A stretch of 64,000 bases of DNA from NCBI RefSeq assembly GCF_963921235.1, contig NC_086101.1, positions 558,001-622,000 of the forward strand. Direction: 5' to 3'. The notes under the pieces were generated by a model. The model did not search any database and was not told the origin of the DNA. It was given only the letters and a program-made list of their open reading frames with translations. Position numbers and translations under genes: made by a program. This DNA comes from Mobula hypostoma. Taxonomy: Eukaryota. Positions 24,741-38,002 of this stretch are shown here, one piece after another; the first letter of the stretch is position 1, and each line of letters opens with the position of its first letter.

Positions 24741-27513
24741 ATCATTGGGACCTCTTCTGGGGCAAGTGGGACCTGTACAAGAGAGACGGGTTACACTTGA
24801 ACTACAAGGGGACACAATATCCTTTCAGGGAGGTTTTTTGGTGCTATTGGGGAGGCTTTAAACTAGATTTGCAGGGGGATGGGAACCAGAGTGCCAGAGC
24901 TGACAGTGTGGCTGGGGTGAAAATATATGATGTTAAAAGTTCAAGAAAAGCCGCAAATAGAAATGTTGTGAGTGCTGGTAAAAATCTTCTGAGGTGTATA
25001 TATTTCAATGCTAGGAGTATTGAGAGGAAGGCAGATGAGTTGAGGGCGTGGATTGACGTGGAATTATGACATTATAGCAATTAGTGAAACTTGGCTACAG
25101 GAGGGGCAGAACTGGCAGCTTAATATTCCAGGGTTCCGATGTTTCAGATGTGATAGAGGCAGAGGAATGAAAGGTGGGGGGCGGGGTAGCATTGCTCGTC
25201 AGGGAAAATGTTACAGCAGTGCTCAGGCAGGACAGAATAGAGGGTTTGTCTACTGAGTCCTTATGGGTGGAGCTGAGAAATAGGAAAGGTATGGCCACAT
25301 TAGTGGGGTTGTATCATAGACCACCCAATGGTCAGCGAGAATTGGAGGGGCACATCTGCAGAGAGATAGCAGGCAACTGCAGGAAATTATAAAGTTGTGG
25401 TGGTCGGGGATTTTAATTTTCCACATATTGATCGGGACTCCCTTACTGTCAGGGGTCTAGATGGGTTAGAGTTTGTAAAATGTGTTCAGGAAAGTTTTCT
25501 AGATCAATATATAGAGGCACCAACTAGAGGTTATGCAATATTAGATCTCCTATTAAGAAACGAGTTAGGACAAGTGACGGAATTGTGTGTAGGGGAGTAC
25601 TTTGGATCCAGTGATCATAACACCATTAGTTTCAACTTGATCGTGGATAAAGATAGATCTGGTCCTAGGATTGAGGTTCTAAATTGGAAGAAGGCCAAAT
25701 TTGAAGAAATGAGAAAGGATCTAAAAAGTGTGGATTGGGACAGGTTGCTCTCTGGCAAGGATGTGATTGGTAAGTGGGAAGCCTTCAGAGGAGAAATTTT
25801 GAGAGTGCAGAGCTTGTATGTTCCTGTCAGGACTAAAGGCAAAGTGAATAGCAATAAGGAACCTTGGTTCTCAAGGGATATTGCAACTCTGATAAAGAAG
25901 AAGAGAGGGTTGTGTGACATGTATAGGAAACAGGGAGTAAATAAGGTGCTTGAGGAGTATAAAAGGTGCAAGAAAATACTTAAGAAGGAAATCAGGAGGG
26001 TTAAAAGAAGACATGAGGTTGCCTTGGCAGTCAAAGTGAAGGATAATCCAAAGAGCTTTTATGTTAAGAGTAAAAGGATTGTAAGGGATAAAATTGGTTC
26101 TCTTGAAGATCAGGATGGTCGGCTATGTGCGGAACCAAAAGAAATGGGGGAGATCTTAAATGGGTTTTTTCCGTCTGTATTTACTAAGGAAACTGTATTG
26201 AAGTCTATGGAATTAAGGGAAACAAGTAGTGAGATCATGGAAACTGTACAGATTGAAAAGGAGGAGGTGCTTGCTGTCTTCAGGCAAATTAAAGTGGATA
26301 AATCCCCGGGACCTGACAGAGTATTACCTCAGACCTTGAAGGAGACTAGTGTTGAAATTGCAGAAGGCTTGGCAGATATATTTAAAATGTCGCTGTCTAC
26401 GCGTGAGGTGCCGGATGATTGGACAATGTCTCATGTTGTTCCGTTGTTTAAAAAAGAATCAAAAAATAATCCGGGAAATTATAGGACGGTACGTTTGACG
26501 TTGGTAGTGGGTAAGCTATTGGAGGGAGTACTAAGAGACAGAATCTACAAGCATTTGGATAGACAGGGACTTGTTAGGGAGAGTCAACATGGCTTTGTGC
26601 ATGGTAGGTCATGTTTGATCAATCTGTTGGAGTTGTTCGAGGAGGTTACCAGGAAAGTGGATGAAGGGAAGGCAGTGGATGTTGTCTATATTGACTTCAG
26701 TAAGGCCTGTAACAAAGTACCGCATGGGAGGTTAGTTAGGAAAATTCAGTCGCTCAGTATACATGGAGAGGTGGTAAATTGGATTAGACATTGGCTCAAT
26801 GGAAGAAGCCAAAGAGTGGTTGTAGAGAATTGCTTCTCCGAGTGGAGGCCTGTGACTAGTGGTGTGCCACAGGGATCAGTGCTGGGTCCATTGTTATTTA
26901 TCATGTATATCAATGATCTGGATGATAATGTGGTAAACTGGATCAGCAAATTTGCTGATGATATAAAGATTGGAGGTGTAGTGGACAGTGAGGAAGCTTT
27001 TCAAAGTTTGCAGAGGGATTTGGTGCAGCTGGAAAAATGGGCTGAAAAATGGCAGATGGAGTTTAATAGAGACAAGTCTGAGGTATTGCACTTTAGAAGG
27101 ACAAACCAAGGTAGAACATACAGGGTAAATGGTAAGGCACTGAGGAATGCAGTAGAACAGAGGGATCTGGGAATAAAGATACAAAATTCCCTAAAAGTGG
27201 CTTCACAGGTAGATAGGGTCATAAAGAGAGCTTTTGGTACATTGGCCTTTAATAATCAAAGTATTGAGTATAAGAGCTGGAATGTTATGATGAGGTTGTA
27301 TAAGGCATTGGTGAGGCTGAATCTGGAGTATTGTGTTCAGTTTTGGTCACCAAATTACAGGAAGGATATTAATAAGGTTGAAAGAGTGCAGAGAAGGTTT
27401 ACAAAGGTGTTGCCGGGACTTGAGAAATTCAGTTACAGAGAAAGATTGATTAGGTTCGGACTTTATTCCCTGGAGCGTAGAAGAATGAGGGGAGATTTGA
27501 TAGAGGTGTATAA

Positions 27514-30500
27514 TATTGTACTTTATACTTTATTGTCGCCAAACAATAGGTACTAGAATGTACAATCATCACAGCGATATTTGATTCTGTGCTTCACACT
27601 CCCTGGATTACAAATATTAAATATTATAAATATTAAAAATAGTTAAAACGAGTAAATATTAAAAATTATATATCATAAATAGAAAATAGGTAAATAGGCG
27701 GTAAGGTAGTGCAAAAAAACCGAGAGGCAGGTCCGGATATTTGGAGGGTACGGCCCAGATCCGGGTCAGGATCCATTCAGCAGTCTTATCACAGTTGGAA
27801 AGAAGCTGTTCCCAAATCTGGCCGTACGAGTCTTCAAGTTTCTGAACCTTCTCCCGGAGGGAAGATGGACGAAAAGTCAGTTGGCTGGGTGGGTCGTGTC
27901 CTTGATTATCCAGGCAGCATTGCTCCGACAGCATGCGGTGTAAAGTGAGTCCAAGGACAGAAGATTGGTTTGTGTGATGTGCTATGCCATGTTCACAATC
28001 TTCTGCAGCTTCTTTTGGTCTTGGACAGAACAACTTCCATACCAGGTTGTGATGCACCCGAGAAGAATGCTTTCTACGGTGCATCTATAAAATTTAGTGA
28101 GAGTTTTAGGGGACAGGCCAAATTTCTTTAGTTTTCTCAGGAAGTAAAGGCACTGGTGGGCCTTCTTGGTAGTGAAAGCGGCCAGTGGAAAGTGGCCAGT
28201 GCGTGAGTGGGCCAGTGAACAAGTGGAGCTTTGAGGCTTTGACTCGAGAGATTCTGGCAGTTTTGGCAGTTGGTCTGTGCAATCAAGTCAATCAAGATTT
28301 GAATAGATCAGCAGAAAGCCGTTGATTGGGCAGTCGAGGTCAGGTGACCAAACATTTTGAAAAGCTCTAACAGATAAATAGAGGGATAGCTCAAGCGAAG
28401 TGGCCAGTGATTGAGTGGGCCAGTGAAGGAGTGGAGCTTTGAGGTTTTGACGAGAAGAGGTGGAGGACAAGCTAGCTCGCAGTTAGTCTTTACAATGCCT
28501 CCTGAGACGGTGATGTGCCTCTCATGTGAGATGTGGAAGTCTTGGGAGAACTCCCCTCTCCCGCAGAGTCATATCTGCCAGAAGTGCATACGGCTGGGCG
28601 ATCTGGAAGACCGTGTAAGGAATCTGGAGCAGCAGCTGGATGACCTTCGACCCGTAAGGGAGAATGAGGCAGTCATAGATGAGAGCTACAGGAAGGTAGT
28701 CACACCTAGGCTGTCAGAAGCAGGTCGTTGGGTGACAGTCAGAGGGAGGAAAGCAAAGGTGATCAGACAGGTAGTGCAGAGCACCCCTGCAGCCATTCCC
28801 CTGAATAATAAGTTTACCGTCCTGGATACTGTTGGTGGGAACGACCGACCAGGTGTGAGCCACGGTGGCAGGGCCTCCGGCTCTGAGTCTGACTCTGTGG
28901 TGCAGGAGGGTGGGACGGAGAAGAGGAGAGCTGTCATCATTGGAGACTCTATAGTCAGGGGAGCAGACAGGAGATTTTGTGGACGTGAGAAGGATACCCG
29001 CATGGTTTGTTGCCTCCCGGGTGCCAGGGTCCAGGATGTCTCTAACCGGGTGCACGACATCCTGGTACGAGAGGGAAAGCAACCAGAAGTTGTGATATAT
29101 GTTGGGACCAACAACATAGGCAGGAAGAGGGATGAGGTCCTGAAGTGTGAGTTTCGGGAACTAGGCAGAAGGCTGAAGAACAGGACCTCAAGGGTGGCGT
29201 TCTCAGGATTGCTGCCAGTGCTACGTGACAGTGATGGTAAGAATTGGAGGAGATGGCAGTTGAATGCGTGGCTGAGGAGTTGGTGCAGGGAGCAGGGTTT
29301 TAGATTTTTAGATCATTGGGATCTCTTCTAGGTAAGTGGGACCTGTACAGATTGGATAGGTTGCACCTGAACTCGAGGGAGAGTAATATCCTTGCAGATA
29401 GGTTTGCTAGCATGGTTCGGGAGGGTTTAAACTAATTTGCGAGGGGGATGGGACCCAGAGCGATAGAGCAGTGAAAGAAGTGCATGGGGTAAAGCCAGAT
29501 CCAACATACAGAGAGGCTTTGAGGAAAGAGAAGCAGAATACAAGGTGTAAAGACAGTAAGGTAGAAGGGTTGAAATGTGTGTACCTCAATGCAAGAAGCA
29601 TCAGGAACAAAGGTGATGAACTGAGAGCTTGGATACGTGCATGGAATTGTGATGCAGTGGCCATTACAGAGACTTGGCTGGCACCAGGGCAGGAATGGAT
29701 TCTCAATATTCCTGGATTTCAGTGTTTTAAAAGGGATAGAGAGGGCGGAAAAAGGGGAGGAGGGGTGGCATTACTGTCAGGGATACTATTACAGCTACAG
29801 AAAGGGTGGGTAATGTAGCAGGATCCTCTTTTGAGTCAATATGGTTCGAAGTCAGGAACAGGAAGGGAGCAGTTACTCTATTGGGGGTATTCTATAGGCC
29901 CCCTGGTGGCAGCAGAGATATAGAGGAGCAGATTGGGAGGCAGATTTTGGAAAGGTGCAAAAATAACAGGGTTGTTATCATGGGTGACTTTAACTTCCCT
30001 AATATTGATTGGCACCTGATTAGTTCCAAGGGTTTAGATGGGGCAGAGTTTGTTAAGTGTGTCCAGGATGGATTCCTGTCACTGTATGTGGACAGGTCGA
30101 CCGGGGGAATGCCATACCAGATGTAGTACTAGGTAATGAACCGGGTCAGGTCACAGATCTCTCAGTGGGTGAGCATCTGGGGGACAGTGACCACTGCTCC
30201 CTGGCCTTTAGCATTATCATGGAAAAGGATAGAATCAGAGTGGACAGGAAAATTTTTAATTGGGGAACGGCAAAGTATGAGGCTACAAGGCTAGAACTTG
30301 CGGGTGTGAATCGGGATGATGTTTTTGCAGGGAAATGTACTATGGACATGTGGCCGATGTTTAGAGATCTCTTGCAGGATGTTAGGAATAAATTTGTCCC
30401 AGTGAGGAAGATAAAGAATGGTAGGGTGAAGGAACCATGGGTGACAAGTGAGGTGGAAAATCTTGTCAGGTGGAAGAAGGCAGCATACATGAGGTTTAGG

Positions 30501-33500
30501 AAGCAAGAATCAGATGGGTCTATTGAGGAATATAGGGAAGCAAGAAAGGAGCTTAAGAAGGAGCTGAGAAGAGCAAGAAGGGGGCATGAGAAGGCCTTGG
30601 CGAGTAGGGTAAAGGAAAATTCCAAGGCCGCCTTCAATTATGTGAAGAAAAAACGGATGACAGGAGTGAAGGTAGGACCGATTAGAGACAGAGGTGGGAA
30701 GATGTGCCTGGAGGCTGTGGAAGTGAGCGAGGTCCTCAATGAATACTTCTCTTCGGTATGCACCAATGAGAGAGAACTTGATGGTGAGGACAAGATGAGT
30801 GAGGTTGATGTTCTGGAGCATGTTGATATTAAGGGAGAGGAGGTGTTGGAGTTCTTAAAATATATTAGGACGGATAAGTCCCCGGGGCCTGACGGAATAT
30901 TCCCCAGGCTGCACCACGAGGCGAGAGAAGAGATTGCTGAGCCTCTGGCTAGGATCTTTATGTCCTCGTTGTCCACGGAAATGGTACCGGAGGATTGGAG
31001 GGAGGCGAATGTTGTTCCCTAGTTCAAAAAAAGGTAGTAGGGATAGTCCGGGTAATTATAGACCTGTAATTAAGTGAGCCTGACGTCTGTGGTGGGAAAG
31101 CTGTTGGAAAAGATTCTTAGAGATTGGATCTATAGGCATTTAGAGAATCATGGTCTGATCAGGGACAGTCAGCATGGCTTTGTGACAGGCAGATCGTGTC
31201 TAACAAGCCTGATAGAGTTCTTTGAGGAGGTGACCAGGCATATAGATGAGGGTAGTGCAGTGGATGTGATCTATATGGATTTTAGTAAGGCATTTGACAA
31301 GGTTCGACATGGTAGGCTTATTCAGAAAGTTAGAAGGCATGGGATCCAGGGATGTTTGGCCGGGTGGAATCAGAATTGGCTTGCCTGCAGAAGGCAGAGG
31401 GTCGTGGTGGAGGGAGTACATTCAGATTGGAGATTGTGACTAGTGGTGTCCCACAAGGAATTGTTCTGGGACCTCTACTTTTCGTGATTTTTATTAACGA
31501 CCTGGATGTGGGGATAGATGGGTGGGTTGGCAAATTTGCAGACGACACAGAGGTTGGTGGTGTTGTAGATAGTGTAGAGGATTGTCAAAGATTGCAGAGA
31601 GACATTGATAGGATGCAGAAGTGGGCTGAGAAATGGCAGTTGGAGTTCAATCCGGAGAAGTGTGAGGTGGTACACTTTGGAAGGACAAACTCCAAGGCAG
31701 AGTACAAAGTAAATGGCAGGATACTTGGTAGTGTGGAGGAGCAGAGGGATCTCGGGGTACATGTCCACAGATCCCTGAAAGTTGCCTCACAGGTGGATAG
31801 GGTAGTTAAGAAAGCTTATGGGGTGTTAGCTTTCATAAGTCGAGGGATAGAGTTTAAGAGTCGCGATGTAATGATGCAGTTCTCTAAAACTCTGGTTAGG
31901 CCACACTTGGAGTATTGTGTCCAGTTCTGGTCACCTCACTATAGGAAGGATGTGGAAGCATTGGAACGGGTACAGAGGAGATTTACCAGGATGCTGCCTA
32001 GTTTAGAAAGTATGCATTATGATCAGAGATTAAGGGAGCTAGGGCTTTACTCTTTGGAGAGAAGAAGGATGAGAGGAGACATGATAGAGGTGTACAAGAT
32101 AATAAGAGGAATAGATAGAGTGGATAGCCAGCGCCTCTTCCCCAGGGCACCACTGCTCAATACAAGAGGACATGGCTTTAAGGTAAGGGGTAGGAAGTTC
32201 AAGGGGGATATTAGAGGAAGGTTTTTTACTCAGAGAGTGGTTGGTGCATGGAATGCACTGCCTGAGTCAGTGGTGGAGGCAGATACACTAGTGAAGTTTA
32301 AGAGACTACTAGACAGGTATATGGAGGAATTTAAGGTGGGGGCTTATATGCGAGGCAGGGTTTGGGGGTCGGCCCAACATTGTGGGCCGAAGGGCCTGTA
32401 CTGTGCTGTACTATCCTATGTTCTATGAACTCTGCTTTGTTGGACTAAGTCAGGACATTTGTGATATTGACCCCGAGGAACTTAAAGCTTTTGACCTGTT
32501 CCACTTGCGCACCACAGATGTAAATTGGGTTGTGCGGTCCGCTACTCCTTCTGAAGTCAACAACCAATTCCTTCGTCTTGCTGACGTTGAGGGATAGGTT
32601 ATTGTCTTCGCAGCATGCCACCAGGTTCTTAATTTCCTCTCTGTTAATTTCCTCAAGCTCATCATTACCCAAGATATGGCCTACAATTGTTGTGTCATCA
32701 GCAAACTTATATAATGAGTTTGATGAAAACTTGTCTACACGATCATGGGTATTCAGTGAGTATAGCAGGTGGCTGAGTACACAGCCTTGTGGGGCACCGG
32801 TGTGCTCAGAGTGATTGCAGAGGAGAGCTGGTCCCCTATTTTTACAGCCTGGGTCCTGTCTGTGAGGAAGTTGAAGATCCAGCTACAGATCTGAGTGCTG
32901 AGGCCCAGGTTCTGGAGCTTAGGAATCAGTTTATTTGGAATGATGGTATTAAAGGCAGAGCTGTAGTCAATGAAAAGGAGCCTTACGTATTCGTCTTTAT
33001 TCTCCAGGTGTTCTAAGGCGAGAGTGTAGGGCCAGAGAGGTGGCACCTGCTGTTGACCTGTTGCTCCGGTAGGCGAATTGCAAAGCGTCGAGGTTGACCG
33101 GTAGGCTGTGGTTGATGTGTGCCATAACCAATCTCTCAAAGCACTTCATAGCAATTGATGTCAGAGCCACAGGTTGATAGGCATTCAGGCATGCCACCTT
33201 GCTCTTCTTCAGCACTGGGATTATCGTTGCCTTCTTAAAACACGAGAGGATGTTAGACTGAAGCAAGGAGCAGTTGAAGATGTCAGCAAACACTCCAGCT
33301 GGCTCGCTTGCACAAGCCTGAAGAACCCGTCCCGGGATGCCATCTGGGCCCGTCACCTTCCTTGGATTTATCTTCAGGAAGGCCCTTCTAACGTCCTCCT
33401 CGGTGACGATGAATCTCGATGTCACCAGGTCCGGTTCATCCGGAGGGAGAGGGACGCTCCTCTTCTGTTCGAATCTTGCGTAGAATACGTTAAGTTCGTC

Positions 33501-33833
33501 AGGAAGAGAAGCGCCACAGCTTTTGATATTCCCAGCCTTTTCTTTGCGCCCAGTGATCTTATTTAGACCCTGCCATAGTCTACTGGCATCCTTCTGGTTA
33601 GCCTGGGCTTCCAACTTGGCTCGATATTGGCTCTTGGCGCCCTTAATGGCTTTCCGGAGTTCATGCCTGGATTCCGTGTAGTGACTATTATCCCCGGACC
33701 TAAAAGCTGCAGCTCTAGCCTTCAAAAGGGACTGGACCTCATAATTCATCCAAGGTTTCCGGTGAGGGAATACCCGGATCGTCTTGCGAGACACACAGTC
33801 CTCCGTACATTTCCAGACAAAGTCCATGACACC
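27514..33833 (-). mobile_element. Rex1/Babar-like LINE, family c (27514-28176 and 32426-33833)
   Basis: ORFs 32997-33875 and 32753-33139 ([37 protein letters not shown]); 3' end GACAATAAAGTATAAAGT; split by CR1-A with TGAA repeated at both junctions. Confidence 0.88.
28177..32425 (+). mobile_element. CR1 family A, near full length (about 4.25 kb): repeated 5' UTR, ORF1 esterase, ORF2 APE-RT
   Basis: ORF1 in 28411-29331 (CLSC...CQKC, GDS, GTNN); ORF2 fragments 29471-32428; 5' UTR repeat AGTGGGCCAGTGAA..AGTGGAGCTTTGAGG at about 28207 and 28414. Confidence 0.93.
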
Positions 33834-34117
33834 TGATAGGTATAGATAGAGTGAATGCAAGCAGGCTTTTTCCACTGAGGCAAGGGGAGAAAAAAACCAG
33901 AGGGCATTGGTTACGGGTGAAGGGGGAAAAATTTAAAGGGGAACATTAGGGGAGGCTCTTCACACAGAGAGTGGTGGGAGTGTGGAATGAGCTGCCAGAC
34001 GAAATGGTAAATGCGGGTTCTTTTCTAATATTTAAGAATAAATTGGACAGATACATGGATGGGAGGTGTATGGAGGGATATGGTCCGTGTACAGGTCAGT
34101 GGGACTAGGCAGAAAAT

Positions 34118-34392
34118 AGTCATAGTCATAGTCATATTCATACTTTATTGATCCCGAGGGAAACTGGGTTTCGTTACAGTTGCACCAACCAAGAATATAG
34201 ATATAGCAATATAAAACTATAAATAATTAAATAATGATATGTAAATTATGCCAGGAAATAAGTCCAGGACCAGCCTATTGGCTGAGGGTGTCTGACCCTC
34301 CAAGGGAGGAGTTGTAAAGTCATAGGAATGACTTCCTATGACGCTCAGTGTTGCATCTCGGTGGAATGAGTCTCTGGCTGAATGTACTCCTG
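34118..34392 (-). mobile_element. Rex1 family a 3' fragment inside the CR1-B 3' UTR
   Basis: Matches 43038-43317, including the (TATGAC)n tail. Confidence 0.85.
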
Positions 34393-35643
34393 AATGCACA
34401 GCCAGGAATGGCCAAAAGGCCTGTTTCTGTGCTGTAGTTTTTCTATTTTTTTTTCTGTGGAAATAAAACCTTCTGTCAGGTTTACTTCTCTCTGGGTAAA
34501 TAACGATATGAAACACCTTTGCCTCGATGACAAGTGACTTGTGGCTTTCACATCACAAAAGTGCCGTACTCCAATCAGAATAACCACTGCCCTCCACTTT
34601 ATATTCATTGGCATTACCATCGATGGGTTCCTCTCTGTCAGTCAGCTGGTGGGAGGGTATCCGAGTGATTAGTAAATCTCCAGTATCGTGCTCCAGGAAA
34701 GTGCTCTTTGTAGTGTTGTGGAACATGACCAGAACTTGAAATAATACCAAAGGACAAATTGAGCCAAGACACAGGTTGATTGAAGTCAGAAATAGCCCAT
34801 TGTCATACAGAGAGGAATACAGTCAGAGAATTTGATGGTCAGTCAGATTGTCTGATCTGTGCCTTGTTAGAAGCTGAGTGCATATTGAAACAGAAATCTA
34901 CAATATATTAGAGGCCCTTCGGCCCACAGTGTTGTGCCGTCCAGATAACCTATTCCAGAAACTGCCTCGGATTTCCCAACCGCATTGCACTCTGTTTTTC
35001 TAAGCTCCATGTACATATCTGAGAGACTCTATGGTGTCTGCCTCCACCGTCATCACTGGCAGTGCATTCCATGCACCTACTACTGTCTTGTGTGAAAAAC
35101 CTACCTCTGACGTCCCCTTTGACCGTTCCAAGCACCTTAAAACTATGCCTCTCGTGTTTGCCAATTCAGCCCTAGGAAAAAGCCTCTGGCTATCTTCATG
35201 ATCAATGCCTTTCATCATCTTATACACATCTGTCAGGTCACCTCTCATCTTCAAAGTTCACTCAACCTATTCTCATAAGGCTCGTTCTCCAATCCATGCA
35301 ACATCCTTGTAAATCTCTGCAGTCTTTCTATAGTATTCCCATCCTTCCTGTAAAGAGGTAACTGAACACAATCCTCTAAGTGGGGTATAAATAAGGTTTT
35401 ATATAGCTGTAACATTACCTCACCGATCTTGATCTCAGTTCCATGGTTGATGAAGGCCTTCTTAACACCATTGTCCATCAGCACTGCAGCTTTGAGTGTC
35501 AAATTGACATGGACCCCAAGATCTCGCTGATCGTCCACACTGCCAAGTGTCCTAACATAATATTGTCTTCAAGTTTGATGTACGGAAATAAACCACAGCA
35601 CACTTACCTGGGTTGAACTCCATCTGCCAGTTCTGCATCCTAT

Positions 35644-36609
35644 TGGATGAGGGAATTAAATGCAGCATCTCCAAGTTTGCGGATGACACGAAGCTGGGCG
35701 GCAGTGTTAGCTGTGAGGAGGATGCTAAGAGGATGCAGGGTGACTTGGATAGGTTAGGTGAGTGGGCAAATTCATGACAGATGCAATTTAATGTGGATAA
35801 ATGTGAAGTTATCCACTTTGGTGGCAAAAACAGGAAAACAGATTATTATCTGAATGGTGGCCGATTAGGAAAAAGGGAGGTGCAACGAGACCTGGGTGTC
35901 ATTATACACCAGTCATTGAAAGTGGGCATGCAGGTACAGCAGGCGGTGAAAAAGGCGAATGGTATACTGGCATTTATAGCAAGAGGATTCAAGTACAGGA
36001 GCAGGGAGGTACTACTGCAGATGTACAAGGCCTTGGTGAGACCACACCTGGAGTATTGTGTACAGTTTTGGTCCCCTAATCTGAGGAAAGACATCCTTGC
36101 CATAGAGGGAATACAAAGAAGGTTCACCAGATTGATTCCTGGGATGGCAGGACTTTCATATGGTGAAAGACTGGATGAACAAGGCTTATACTCGTTGGAA
36201 TTTAGAAGATTGAGGGGGGATCTGATTGAAACGTATAAAATCCTAAAGGAATTGGACAGGCTAGATGCAGGAAGATTGTTCCCGATGTTGGGGAAGTCCA
36301 GAACGAGGGGTCACAGTTTGAGGATAAAGGGGAAGCCTTTTAGGACCGAGATTAGGAAAAACTTCTTCACACAGAGAGTGGTGAATCTGTGGAATTCTCT
36401 GCCACAGGAAACAGTTGAGGCCAGTCCATTGGCTATATTTAAGAGGGAGTTAGATATGGCCCTTGTGGCTAAAGGGATCAGGGGGTATGGGGGGAAGGCT
36501 GGTACCGGGTTCTGAGTTGGATGATCAGCCAGGATCATACTGAATGGCGGTGCAGGCTCGAAGGGCTGAATGGCCTACTCCTGCACCTATTTTCTATGTT
36601 TCTATGTTT
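35644..36609 (+). mobile_element. CR1 family C, 5'-truncated
   Basis: ORF 35781-36515; (TTTCTATG)3 tail; CTAT at both junctions. Confidence 0.92.
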
Positions 36610-38002
36610 CTATCGATGTCCTGCTGTTATCTCTGGACAACTTTCCAGACTATTCACAACACCCTCAACTTTTGTGTCATCAGCAAACTTACTAACCCAC
36701 CCTTCTACTTCCTCATCAAGAGCATTTATAAACATCACAAAGAGAAGGATTCTCAGAACACATCCCTGCAGAACACCACTGGTCACCGTCCTCCATGCAG
36801 TTTACAAACCATCTCCAACCATCTTTTGGCTTCTGTGGGCAAGCCAATTCTGGATCCACAAAGCCAGGTCAACTTGGATCCTGGCCTCATTATTTTCTGA
36901 ATGAGCCTCGCATGAGGAATTTTATCAAAATTCTTACTGAAAGCCATGTACACTACATCCAGTGCTCTACATTAGTGGCCGCCAACCAGTGGATCCCGAT
37001 CGACCGGTTGATCTTTGAGACTTTCCCATTAGATCCCGAAAAAAAAGAAAAATAAATACACAAATACATTATGCCTGATAAACCTTTCAATGCAAAAGCA
37101 GATTTTACCCCTAGAACGCGTATGTGAGTCGTTTTTAACCCACACTTACTTGCTTTCCCTGTTTATTGTGTTTTATCTTTTTCCGCTGCCCAGCGTTTTG
37201 TGTCAGATGTGCCACTGTCTGTCAAATTCCATGGAGCATGGGAGAGTTTTGTTTATCTTAAACATAAACGAACAAACGGGCAAACTGTCCATTGGCAAAA
37301 GAATACAACATGCGTGGATAAAAATGACTCACTTCTGCATTCATGACTTAACTGAAATTTGATCAACTTTAATCGGTTTTGACTCTGTTATGCTGCTACT
37401 TATATTACATCAGTTATGCAAAAGCGTGATCAGTTGTACTGCTCTCTTTCTTTCAAATTGTTTGCCTTTGATAGCGTGAATACGTTTAGCATTTCAGATA
37501 GTGTACTAGTAACTAGCATTAATTTTAGTTTTTACTGAAAAGTTAGCGCCTCTCTCTCTCTCTTTTCATTTAGCTGTTGTACTTTTTTCAGCGTAGCTTG
37601 TGCTGCATCAAAGTGACCAATTAGATTAGATAAGAGTACAGACTGTCGCAAACGTCAGTATACGGCACTTGCTGGTGATATCCTGCAAGCTCGCTAGCAT
37701 GGCGGAGGCTCCACGAAAGAAGGCAAAAACATACAAATTCCATTCAGAATGGGAAGAGGAATTTCTGTTTACCTTGGAGAAAGACAAGTGTGTATGTATG
37801 TTGTGCCACCAAACACATGTACTGACTAAAAGAGGGAATCTGGAGCGGCACCACAACACCAACCACCAGAAATTTAAAGACACCTACCCCCCCCCCCGCC
37901 CCCCCAAAGAGCGCATCTGTGCCAGAAAAGTTGAGGAGCTGAACTCGGGGTTGAAGGCCCAGCAATCGTTTTTCACAAAACATGCTGCTCAAAAATAAGG
38001 AT

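Larger units (their letters stand above)
24738..34455 (+). mobile_element. CR1 family B from end of ORF1 to 3' tail (24738-27513, 33834-34117, 34396-34455), split by nested inserts
   Basis: DHWDLFWGKWDLYKRDGLHLN ORF1 end, APE fragments, 719-aa ORF 25397-27556 with RT; sequence resumes at 33834 as in the copy at 7142-7490. Confidence 0.92.

Noticed and set aside
25397..27556. 719-aa RT ORF as an active or domesticated gene
   Set aside because: The upstream APE region is frameshifted and the C-terminus is cut by a Rex1 insertion; it is a young dead copy.
34455..34885. Possible internal exon or N-terminal effector domain for ZNF-2
   Set aside because: Only weak acceptor-like sites, no convincing donor or domain motif; cannot be supported without transcripts.
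37669..37998. Host gene such as GTF2IRD2 or a ZBED
   Set aside because: It lies between TIRs with a TSD and is broken by inserts, so it is a transposon remnant.
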